Assembly: GCA_963588475.1 (NCBI GenBank)
Contig: CAVAHD010000003.1
Span: 66,704-130,703, forward strand
Source of the DNA: Oscillospiraceae bacterium
Lineage (GTDB): Bacteria; Bacteroidota; Bacteroidia; Bacteroidales; Bacteroidaceae
Direction of reading: 5' to 3'
DNA: 64,000 nucleotides
Shown: positions 9,094 through 15,785 of the stretch, in pieces
Layout of the letters: every line of letters begins with the position of its first letter
How positions within the stretch are numbered: the stretch's first letter is position 1
The notes under the pieces: generated by a model
The model's database searches: none
What the model saw: the letters and a program-made list of their open reading frames with translations, nothing else
Told to the model about the DNA's origin: nothing
Made by a program: the position numbers and the translations under genes

Positions 9094-9378
9094 TTATTGT
9101 TGTTTCTCCAGCTTCTTAATGAGCTGCTTTATCTCGTTGTATACTATCTTGTCGTTGACCGCCATTGCGGCAATGTCGCTTAGCTCCTGGATGAGGTCTT
9201 TTGTGGTCATCATGCCGTGCACGCACTGGATAAACCAAGCTATTGTCGACGGCTTTAAATTACCCAATTCGCGAGCTTGTTGCCGCCCATTGTACACTAT
9301 TAGATGGTATCTCTTGTATGTGAGCAACCACCACAAGGCTTGCGCTTTGCCTCTAATGTTTCTTAGTTTCTGTTTCAT
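9094..9378 (-). CDS. hypothetical phage protein
   Basis: ORF 9094..9597 trimmed to MKQKLRNIRG.... The longer version would read through a tRNA-like element. Confidence 0.5.
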   Translation of the reverse strand: MKQKLRNIRGKAQALWWLLTYKRYHLIVYNGRQQARELGNLKPSTIAWFIQCVHGMMTTKDLIQELSDIAAMAVNDKIVYNEIKQLIKKLEKQQ

Positions 9379-9380
9379 TG

Positions 9381-9470
9381 TTAGTTGTTTTTTGCGTCCC
9401 GATACCCGCAGTAAGCCACGACGATGCAGACCACTACGCAGGACATTGTTAGTATTTCTATTCCAGTCAT
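9381..9470 (-). CDS. possible 29-aa hydrophobic peptide
   Basis: Hand translation gives MTGIEILTMSCVVVCIVVAYCGYRDAKNN. Its stop lies 2 nt upstream of the next start codon. Confidence 0.3.
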   Translation of the reverse strand: MTGIEILTMSCVVVCIVVAYCGYRDAKNN

Positions 9471-9490
9471 TTTTGTTTGGGTTTAAATAG

Positions 9491-9595
9491 TGGAGGCGGC
9501 AGGAGTCGAACCTGCTCAACAGAAGTAACACTAAATCTATCTCATAAACAATAATGGCTTGCTGACCTTTCCGAGAGCCAGCGAACTCCGCCTCC
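9491..9595 (-). ncRNA. tRNA-like element E1 (acceptor, D-like and T arms present, no canonical anticodon arm)
   Basis: Perfect 7-bp acceptor helix GGAGGCG/CGCCTCC. Perfect T arm GCAGG-TTCGACT-CCTGC. A 3-bp D stem has a GG-containing loop. It is 105 nt long, with a 6-bp helix TCAGCA/TGTTGA enclosing an AU-rich insert. Confidence 0.4.
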
Positions 9596-9667
9596 ATGTG
9601 ACCGCCCTATCTTCGCAGACCAGACGGCTAAATCATATGAGAAAAAGTAAATTTAAAAGACCCTAGG

Positions 9668-9785
9668 TGGGAATGCCGGGAGTCGAACCCACAGCGAAAT
9701 AGCGATTCACTGTATCATTTCACAATTTGAACTATTATTGCCGCACTTTGTATCCGGGCGTGCAGCGATTAAGCCTCGCATTCCC
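9668..9785 (-). ncRNA. tRNA-like element E2 (acceptor and T arm present, long non-canonical interior)
   Basis: 7-8 bp acceptor helix GGGAATG(C)/(G)CATTCCC. T loop GGGTTCGACTCCC with an imperfect stem. It is 118 nt long and contains an internal hairpin ATCGCTGCAC/GTGCGGCAAT. Confidence 0.3.
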
Positions 9786-9863
9786 AATTGTAAAACCCCA
9801 CTATACTCGCGTACCATGAGGTGCTTACTTTGTCTATGTAACTAAAACAACATTAGTATCTTC

Positions 9864-10151
9864 TTAGTAGCAAGCAGCCCTCGGCCGCCCTGTGTCGTTG
9901 CAGTGCTCGTCTACGTACTTCTTGCGCATCCGCGCCACGAAGTCCTTGGCTTGTTGCAGCGTCAGAACGTCGTTGCTCTGGTCTGCCTTATCCTCGACCG
10001 CGAAGGCTGGAATGCCGTGCAGCCAAACGTAGAGCTTGCCATCTTTGTCGTCTTGAATGTAGCAGAACTGGCGGCTCATCCACTCCGCTTCCTTGATGCG
10101 CTTAGTGCGGTTGTTCTCACTGATGCGCTTGATTATTCTCTTTATTCCCAT
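9864..10151 (-). CDS. hypothetical phage protein
   Basis: ORF 9864..10193 trimmed to MGIKRIIKR.... This start lies just downstream of the upstream stop at 10157. Confidence 0.55.
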   Translation of the reverse strand: MGIKRIIKRISENNRTKRIKEAEWMSRQFCYIQDDKDGKLYVWLHGIPAFAVEDKADQSNDVLTLQQAKDFVARMRKKYVDEHCNDTGRPRAACY

Positions 10152-10156
10152 AGTCG

Positions 10157-10399
10157 TTATGATTTTGCTTTGATTTCTTTGTTGATGTACCATACGGCCT
10201 TGTTGAGGTCTTGTATCTCCTTCTCCTTTGCCGTCAATCCCTCTTCGGTCTTGTGCCCGGCACGGAACAGGTATTTGAGTGCATTGCCGATATTGAAATT
10301 GAAGTGCTCGCAGATGTCGATGGCTTCAATGCCGCACTTCTCCTTTAGCCAAGTATAATGGCTCGGGTGGTTTACTGCATCGCTCTTTGTTTCGTTCAT
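10157..10399 (-). CDS. DUF3310-like phage protein
   Basis: HPSHYTW...IEAIDICEHFNFNIGNALKYLFRAGHK...DLNKAVWYI matches the DUF3310 pattern as I recall it. Trimmed to MNETKSD, next to the dUTPase stop. Confidence 0.65.
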   Translation of the reverse strand: MNETKSDAVNHPSHYTWLKEKCGIEAIDICEHFNFNIGNALKYLFRAGHKTEEGLTAKEKEIQDLNKAVWYINKEIKAKS

Positions 10400-10400
10400 G

Positions 10401-10862
10401 TCACTTGCCGCTTGAACCATAACCGTTGTTTGCCCTCTCGGTTGCCTCGAACTCTTCTGCCTCTTCGAAGTCTATCTCGTAGGTGTGTCCGATGCAGAGT
10501 TGGAATATCCTGTCGCCGACCTCGTATTTCGGCATGTTGGGAAGAACGTGGTAGAAAATGGCGGAAAGCTCGCCAGTGTAGCCTGCGTCTATGGTGCCGA
10601 TGCAGTTGCTCAGAACCATGCCTGTCTTCCATACAGAGGAACGTGGGCGTGCATCGATGCCTAATGTGGCGTTTCGTCTCTTGCTCATATTGCGGTTAAC
10701 GCTCGCAATCTGTAAAGCGATGCCTGTGCCGTATCGGTACACGTTTGGAGCTATCTCTTCGCATGATGTAGCCACTACGTCGTAGCAGAAATCATCGTCG
10801 TGTGCTCTGGTCGGAATTACTGCGTCTTTGCTTAGTAGTTTAATTTTTACCTTCATTGTCAT
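10401..10862 (-). CDS. dut: dUTP diphosphatase
   Basis: Trimeric dUTPase motifs are present: ARPRSS, GTIDAGYTGE and C-terminal GYGSSG. Confidence 0.85.
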   Translation of the reverse strand: MTMKVKIKLLSKDAVIPTRAHDDDFCYDVVATSCEEIAPNVYRYGTGIALQIASVNRNMSKRRNATLGIDARPRSSVWKTGMVLSNCIGTIDAGYTGELSAIFYHVLPNMPKYEVGDRIFQLCIGHTYEIDFEEAEEFEATERANNGYGSSGK

Positions 10863-11151
10863 TGTTTTTTTTGAATCGTCGTTGTTTTAATTCGTTTTCT
10901 ATTTCTGCCTGCGTTTTGCAAATCTCATCGGACTGCACCTTGTCGGACTTCGTGAGTAAGGCTATCTCTATCTTTTCCTTCAATTCGTCGAAGGGAACGC
11001 TGGTGCGGTACTTTCTGCCGTTGTAGAGCTTTATCCAAGTGTGATGGCCGCTCTCTTCTGCGTAATACTCTTTGATGTCCTCGGGACTAATCGCCACAGT
11101 TGCCTTAATCGGGAACTCGGCAAGGTCTGTTTTTACTTTTATCTTTATCAT
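10840..11151 (-). CDS. hypothetical phage protein
   Basis: 103-aa ORF that overlaps the genes on both sides. Confidence 0.5.
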   Translation of the reverse strand: MIKIKVKTDLAEFPIKATVAISPEDIKEYYAEESGHHTWIKLYNGRKYRTSVPFDELKEKIEIALLTKSDKVQSDEICKTQAEIENELKQRRFKKNNDNEGKN

Positions 11152-11467
11152 GCTTTGTAGATTTGGTTTCTTCCTTCTTCGCTTGGCGCATCAATACTGA
11201 CTGTCGCCGTGTCATGGACTTTATAATCGTTGATTGTACCTTCTCCAGTACAAATTCGGCGGTCTCCTCGTCACGGACAAACACCGGGAACGTCCTGTGT
11301 TTCCTGAAGAACTCCACGTCGTCCTCTCCAGCTATCTTGATGTAAACGTTGTACCTTGGAAGGAACACGTCGCTCTTGCCTGGCTGGTGCTTCTTTCGGT
11401 ACACGTAGCCAATGTGCTGCGAACCGAGCCACTTTGCGATATAGTTTAGCTTTTCTCTATTTGTCAT
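11105..11467 (-). CDS. hypothetical phage protein
   Basis: ORF 11105..11491 begins with GTG, so it is trimmed to the first ATG (MTNREKLNY...). It is the first gene downstream of the structured noncoding region. Confidence 0.55.
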   Translation of the reverse strand: MTNREKLNYIAKWLGSQHIGYVYRKKHQPGKSDVFLPRYNVYIKIAGEDDVEFFRKHRTFPVFVRDEETAEFVLEKVQSTIIKSMTRRQSVLMRQAKKEETKSTKHDKDKSKNRPCRVPD

Positions 11468-11499
11468 TTCGTTTAACTTTTGTATGGGCACTTCCCGCC

Positions 11500-11925
11500 C
11501 CTTTGCCGCATATAGAGAGTTTAAGAAATCTCACCTATAAGAGACATGGGTTAGAAGAAAAGAGAGTCTTTATGATACCTACTGGAGAACCAGTCCTTTC
11601 TTTGTCTTCAAGAGCACTAATCATGGAGGTTGCCAACCTTTCTGTGTTCCTTCCTTTTCTCTTACCTTTCGGTATGCTGGCGCCTGTTGACGGGCGGTGG
11701 GTCAGAGCAGGACTTGGGGAAGTACCATTTTCGTACTGGAGCAGTTTTATATATCGGCAGGTAAACCGAAGAGGACTGCACGGATTTAACCTCTATGAGA
11801 AGCCCCCACCTCTGTGTGGTTTCTTTTAGGAACGAGAAATCTACAGGCACAGGTGGGGGCTTAGATATATATTATCATGTCTCTTATACTGCTCTCGATG
11901 TACCTCTAGAATCCTCGTTCCTTTG
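11500..11925 (-). ncRNA. candidate structured RNA or long structured leader (about 400 nt)
   Basis: No credible ORF. A 13-bp long-range pairing joins 11536-11548 to 11876-11888. A 10+3 bp hairpin joins 11802-11816 to 11848-11860. A 9-bp crossing helix joins 11828-11836 to 11914-11922, and several local hairpins are present. A TACCTTTG box lies just upstream on the minus strand. Confidence 0.35.
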
Positions 11926-11931
11926 TGGTTG

Positions 11932-11939
11932 CAAAGGTA
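11932..11939 (-). promoter_or_regulatory. Bacteroidetes -7 promoter box (TACCTTTG)
   Basis: Matches TAnnTTTG on the minus strand. It sits between a terminator at 12101-12133 and the structured region. Confidence 0.45.
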
Positions 11940-12100
11940 GTAAGAAAAACTTACCAAACAAATAAAAAGTTGCCTTTTCTTGCCATTATACTTGTAAATA
12001 CCGTAAAAGGGAACAAAAAAGCGAAATAAAGAACACTAAACAAAGTAATAAAAACTTACTTTAAACTTAACTTTGCGTATCTTGATGGAATCCCAGATAC

Positions 12101-12133
12101 AAAAAAAGGACACGCCATGTTGTCTGCGTGTCC
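12101..12133 (-). terminator. rho-independent terminator
   Basis: On the minus strand, GGACACGC-N10-GCGTGTCC is followed by T7. It lies 40 nt after the stop of 12175..12519. Confidence 0.65.
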
Positions 12134-12174
12134 CTTCGGGAATGCCGGAACGTCCGGCTTTATGGAGAACGGAT

Positions 12175-12519
12175 CTATTCTTTGCTAAGTGCCTCGAGAA
12201 CGCCGCCTATGACGTTTATCTCGTGGTGTGAGGCCTCGATGTGGTCAAGGAGGGAGAATATGCCATTGTTGCCTATTAGCGTGCGTACAACATCTCTTTT
12301 GTCCTTATCTTGGGAATCCATAGCATAGAAGGTCAGAACGCGCCTCAGTGCCGCCTGTGAGGCGTTGAGGCTGACAAGTCGGTTCAGTATGTCGGCGGTG
12401 CTTTGCAGGTGGCTCTCCATCCGGGCGATGTCGCTCATGTTACCCTTGGTGCTCTCGGTTTCAGACTCGGTGAATAATGCTGCCATCTCGGCGATTGTTG
12501 TTGATGATATTTCTTTCAT
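12175..12519 (-). CDS. hypothetical phage protein
   Basis: 114-aa helical ORF lying 1 nt after the Bro-N gene stop. Confidence 0.55.
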   Translation of the reverse strand: MKEISSTTIAEMAALFTESETESTKGNMSDIARMESHLQSTADILNRLVSLNASQAALRRVLTFYAMDSQDKDKRDVVRTLIGNNGIFSLLDHIEASHHEINVIGGVLEALSKE

Positions 12520-12520
12520 G

Positions 12521-13279
12521 TTAATTTGCGTATCCTATTTGGGTTAGTAATGTTGGGAATGTGTTGTCGTACCACTGTACCTGTGTCTGCGATAGGTTCT
12601 GTGGGTTGACTACGTTCTGACCGTAGTCGGAATAGTCGGCGTTGAGCGTTATCCATGTGTGCTCTTTGCCATTCGCCCCCTTGCGGTGCTGACGGGTGCA
12701 GATGCCCTTCTCTACCAGCTTCTTGTTGAACGCCAAGGCAGAGAGGTTAACGCCGTGCTGCTTTAAGAGGAACGTAGCGCAGTGGATAGTAGGCTCGGCT
12801 TTCTCTGCCGGAGCGTAGTCGGGGAGCGGAACGCCTATCGGGCTAAGTATTGCCTGCGCCATCAGCAGCTTGCTCGCTTGCGTGAGGTGCAGGAAGTCTG
12901 CCGCCCACGATGCCGCCTGTAGTTTCTCTTGAATGGCGGACGCTGGTGTGTTGGCGGTGTAACTGCCGCGCTTGCGGATGGAGGGAAGCACCTCTGACGT
13001 TATCCATTTGCGGAACTTCTTGGCTGACGGCTTGCGCGAGTCGAGGATTACGTCGTACAGGCCGTCCTCGTTGATGAAGTTGGCTTGCTGCTCTCTGCCT
13101 AAGGTGTCGAGGATGATGTGTTTTGTAAACACCCCATCTTCCAAACGCCGTGCAACCTGATTGGCTGTAAGGTCTAACGCCCTGCATACGTCTGCGAGGC
13201 AGAAAAGCGGTTCTTCACTTGTACCAGTGGTACGTATCTCCCCAAATACGGGGCTTTGGAATAATTGAATGTCGTTCAT
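12521..13279 (-). CDS. Bro-N domain antirepressor-like protein
   Basis: The N-terminus FGEIRTTG..EPLFCLADVCRALDL...FINEDGLYDVILDSRKPSAKKFRKWITSEVLPSIRKRG is a typical Bro-N/ANT domain. Confidence 0.8.
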   Translation of the reverse strand: MNDIQLFQSPVFGEIRTTGTSEEPLFCLADVCRALDLTANQVARRLEDGVFTKHIILDTLGREQQANFINEDGLYDVILDSRKPSAKKFRKWITSEVLPSIRKRGSYTANTPASAIQEKLQAASWAADFLHLTQASKLLMAQAILSPIGVPLPDYAPAEKAEPTIHCATFLLKQHGVNLSALAFNKKLVEKGICTRQHRKGANGKEHTWITLNADYSDYGQNVVNPQNLSQTQVQWYDNTFPTLLTQIGYAN

Positions 13280-13501
13280 TTTCTTGAATTATCTGAACGT
13301 TGACACTAAGGTACACATAAAGGGCGTACCGTTACCCTTTGCTAATGTCAACCAAGGAGGACACGCATACACCATTACGATGTATGCAAGGGACGGTACG
13401 CCAGTATGTGGCATAGTCAATAAAAAGTCTAAGATGGACAAACGTCCCTCCTTTGTTATGTCTTGGAGAAACGCCGTCTCTCCTTGGTTTTTTTAGCACT
13501 G

Positions 13502-13509
13502 CAAAGTTA
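13502..13509 (-). promoter_or_regulatory. Bacteroidetes -7 promoter box (TAACTTTG)
   Basis: TAnnTTTG on the minus strand, about 220 nt upstream of the Bro-N start codon. Confidence 0.4.
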
Positions 13510-13624
13510 GGAAGAATCCATCAAAAACACCGAATATCGAAGGTAGAAAAATTAAGAAATAAGAAAGATGTACCACTTTTGTGGAAAGATATACCCGTAT
13601 GTCCAGGGGCACACGGGTATATTT

Positions 13625-13774
13625 TTAGTCTGCTTGCGCCATATACCGGATGGTCGCCCGAACGTCCACAAAGCTCGTCCATCCCAGTCGGCAGAACTCT
13701 CTTGCCGCTTCTTCGAGGGTTATCTTGCCAGCCTCGAAGTCCCGGCGGATAGTGTAATTTGCGGTTCTTCTCAT
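13625..13774 (-). CDS. possible 49-aa ORF
   Basis: Hand translation gives MRRTANYTIRRDFEAGKITLEEAAREFCRLGWTSFVDVRATIRYMAQAD. It is followed by a 10-bp hairpin at 13589-13622. Confidence 0.35.
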   Translation of the reverse strand: MRRTANYTIRRDFEAGKITLEEAAREFCRLGWTSFVDVRATIRYMAQAD

Positions 13775-13775
13775 T

Positions 13776-13883
13776 TTACTCGTCCTCCATCTGCTTGTTA
13801 ACCCATCTGCGGTATGCAGGGCAGGCTCTGTAAAGTACGTACGATGTAAGAGCTATCATGCTCCAAGCTATTATTTCGCCCAT
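13776..13883 (-). CDS. possible 35-aa membrane peptide
   Basis: Hand translation gives MGEIIAWSMIALTSYVLYRACPAYRRWVNKQMEDE. Its stop lies 1 nt before the next ATG. Confidence 0.3.
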   Translation of the reverse strand: MGEIIAWSMIALTSYVLYRACPAYRRWVNKQMEDE

Positions 13884-13917
13884 AGTCGTTGATTTTTAGT
13901 TTAGTTGGTTACTTAAG

Positions 13918-14028
13918 TTATCGCCCCAAGTTGTAAAGGGCGTTTTTGGCAAATGCAGGGCAGCGCATACAGTCGCAGCCGCAGTCGGGGTTGTTGGCGC
14001 AAAATGCCTCCAGTTCAAGGTCTCCCAT
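13918..14028 (-). CDS. possible 36-aa Cys-rich peptide
   Basis: Hand translation gives MGDLELEAFCANNPDCGCDCMRCPAFAKNALYNLGR. Confidence 0.3.
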   Translation of the reverse strand: MGDLELEAFCANNPDCGCDCMRCPAFAKNALYNLGR

Positions 14029-14051
14029 TGTCTTGTGTTGTTTTGTGTTAA

Positions 14052-14306
14052 TTACTCAAATATGCGCAGTGTAGGTAGTAAGTAGCCGTCGTGTCTGTCC
14101 ATACCGACGTACGCATTTAAGCCGTAATAGGACACTACTTGCATTACTGCCTCGATATCGTAGATTTTGCCGTCATTCGGCTTGCCGTACACTTCTACGT
14201 CAACTTCTTTGCCGTCGCAGTCATACTGTACCTCTACAAAATTCAAGGCGGTATTGATACGCTTCGTAATTTCATCTTTGATTATTTGGTAGTTAATTTT
14301 CTCCAT
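14052..14306 (-). CDS. hypothetical phage protein
   Basis: 84-aa ORF with no recognised family. Confidence 0.55.
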   Translation of the reverse strand: MEKINYQIIKDEITKRINTALNFVEVQYDCDGKEVDVEVYGKPNDGKIYDIEAVMQVVSYYGLNAYVGMDRHDGYLLPTLRIFE

Positions 14307-14355
14307 TTTGTAGTATTTTGAGGGTTAATATTTAGTTTTTTGCGAAGGGTGGGGG

Positions 14356-14670
14356 TTAACCAGCCCACCCGAACTGCTCCAAGTCTGACACTTCATGGCT
14401 CGCTTCGTACTCGTACTCGCGTATAGTGTCTACACACCAGTCTGAGAGGGCTTCATCGCAGGCTTCTACGTTGCCCCCATTTTCGGGGTAGTAGCAGATG
14501 CGCGCCTCGCCCTTGGCGTACGTGATAGTGAGTCCCTCTTCGTACTCGTCATCATCGTAGTACTCAAACTCGGTGTCCCAGACGTTCTCCCAAGGCTTGC
14601 GGCTTTCTAATTTCGCCTCAAACTCTACCTTAAAGGTCTCTACTGCTGCTTCGATTACATTCTGTGTCAT
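14356..14670 (-). CDS. highly acidic early phage protein
   Basis: ORF 14356..14736 trimmed to MTQNVIEAAV.... About one third of the residues are D or E (EFEYYDDDEYEE). It is the first gene after a TACCTTTG box. Confidence 0.55.
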   Translation of the reverse strand: MTQNVIEAAVETFKVEFEAKLESRKPWENVWDTEFEYYDDDEYEEGLTITYAKGEARICYYPENGGNVEACDEALSDWCVDTIREYEYEASHEVSDLEQFGWAG

Positions 14671-14709
14671 ATCCGTTGAATTTAGTAGGTTTGTTTTTGA
14701 TTTCTGATG

Positions 14710-14717
14710 CAAAGGTA
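14710..14717 (-). promoter_or_regulatory. Bacteroidetes -7 promoter box (TACCTTTG)
   Basis: TAnnTTTG on the minus strand, 40 nt upstream of the 14670 start. It is divergent from the box at 14886. Confidence 0.45.
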
Positions 14718-14885
14718 GTAGATTATAGTCATACACGCAAGACTTTTGAGGTAAAAATGTATGAATTTAACAATACTTTAACAAACAATCCACTTTGTTG
14801 TGGTTTGCGTTAACACTTGTTAAGCCATGTATGCATATAATCATTTTTTTTGCTCACTTTGTTTCGTCGGATGCGCTTTTTTGTT

Positions 14886-14893
14886 TAACTTTG
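14886..14893 (+). promoter_or_regulatory. Bacteroidetes -7 promoter box (TAACTTTG)
   Basis: TAnnTTTG, 29 nt upstream of the ATG at 14922. Confidence 0.45.
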
Positions 14894-14921
14894 CAGCAGT
14901 TTTTAATCATACCTAATTTAT

Positions 14922-15218
14922 ATGGACGTAAAAAAAGTAATTAAAGCTAAAGGCTTCAGAATTGAGGATGTCGCAAACGAGATGGGCATCACTCGCGTAT
15001 CTCTGTCCCAGTGTCTCGCGCGTAACCCGACCGTGGGCACGCTGCAACGCATAGCGGACGTTATAGGGTGCAAGGTGGGTGACTTCTTTAGCGAGGACGT
15101 TACCCACAGCGTTCCGTCGTTCTTTGCTGTTGTCAAGTCCGGCGAAGCTGTGCATTATGCTTCCGACTTACAGGAGCTGGAGAATATCGTCGTCAGCCTA
15201 AAGGACGTGCAGAATTAA
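14922..15218 (+). CDS. XRE/Cro-CI type HTH regulator
   Basis: IEDVANEMGITRVSLSQCLARNPTVGTLQRIADVIGCKVGDFF is an XRE-type HTH. It is a plus-strand gene within a minus-strand operon and is paralogous to 20447..20761. Confidence 0.7.
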   Translation: MDVKKVIKAKGFRIEDVANEMGITRVSLSQCLARNPTVGTLQRIADVIGCKVGDFFSEDVTHSVPSFFAVVKSGEAVHYASDLQELENIVVSLKDVQN

Positions 15219-15230
15219 ATTCGCGCGCCC

Positions 15231-15383
15231 CTATTCATAGCAGACGAATGCAAGATAGTCCTTGGAGACCGAGGAGACGGCATTACTTGCCGTTCCCCCG
15301 ATCTCCAGAAGTTGTGCGTGCTGGGACGTGTACCAGTTTCCTTCAGCCCTGCCTCTGACGGCACAGGTGTTTACTCGTAGCAT
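15231..15383 (-). CDS. small phage protein, module 3 of a ...VCYE family
   Basis: ORF 15231..15431 trimmed to MLRVNTC..., which starts 13 nt inside the preceding ORF. Its C-terminus SKDYLAFVCYE is homologous to that of the preceding ORF. Confidence 0.4.
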   Translation of the reverse strand: MLRVNTCAVRGRAEGNWYTSQHAQLLEIGGTASNAVSSVSKDYLAFVCYE

Positions 15384-15556
15384 ACGCAAAGAAGGTTGTC
15401 TTTGGTTACTGTGCTGATGGTGTTCGTCCACGGCTCACGGCTCATGCGGTGGTGCTTGTCTTGGTAGCGGCACCCCCCTTTGTCGCCGTGCAGTCGGCGG
15501 TAGGCTTTCGCCTCCTCCGTGCGGTAGTGGGTGAGGATGGCTCTGCGCTCACTCAT
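15371..15556 (-). CDS. small phage protein, module 2 of a ...VCYE family
   Basis: 61-aa ORF. Its ATG overlaps the end of the reading frame that carries the methylase C-terminal remnant. It ends TKDNLLCVCYE. Confidence 0.45.
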   Translation of the reverse strand: MSERRAILTHYRTEEAKAYRRLHGDKGGCRYQDKHHRMSREPWTNTISTVTKDNLLCVCYE

Positions 15557-15785
15557 AGGCTACAAGCACCATAGTATGCTGGCCGTGGTTGCAGCCGAAG
15601 AGACCTGCCCATCCGTCGTAGCGTGAGGAGAGTGCCGTGGAATACCCCCCCCAGCGCGTCCGAGAACTCTGATTTCGGATTTTTCAACTTTCAATTTGTA
15701 AGCATCCATGCCCGTAGAAGAGTTTTGAAGCCCCTCAAGAGGACCTTTTTTACCTTGGGAAAGGCATGAAACTTCGGCTACACTT
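15549..15785 (-). pseudogene. disrupted 3' part of the Dam-like methylase gene
   Basis: It is in the same frame as 15786..16475 but is interrupted by four stops between 15680 and 15788. The frame then reopens through a G8 tract to ...GGYSTALSSRYDGWAGLFGCNHGQHTMVLVAYE. Confidence 0.35.

Noticed and set aside
9094-9597. Full 167-aa version of this ORF
   Set aside because: Its N-terminal 73 codons read straight through the tRNA-like element E1 and a hydrophobic mini-ORF region. An internal Met at 9378 gives a compact gene that fits the operon.
11356-11850. ORFs 11356..11829 (+) and 11662..11850 (-) in the structured region
   Set aside because: Neither has a start context or a coupled neighbour, their composition is odd, and they span helix arms. 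The region is better explained as noncoding.
11536-11888. Retron msr/msd bounded by the 13-bp inverted repeat
   Set aside because: No reverse transcriptase gene is present anywhere in the window, and the enclosed segment (about 330 nt) is larger than typical retron ncRNAs.
12068-12075. Plus-strand TAACTTTG box in the AT-rich spacer
   Set aside because: It matches the -7 consensus but has no downstream ORF. It would transcribe antisense through a terminator and gene 12175..12519. It could drive an antisense RNA, but the sequence alone does not support calling it.
13465-13492. Plus-strand hairpin plus T7 as a terminator for ORF 13269..13496
   Set aside because: The stem is only 5 bp (GGAGA/TCTCC). 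The plus-strand ORF has no promoter box and lies inside the leader of the minus-strand Bro-N gene.
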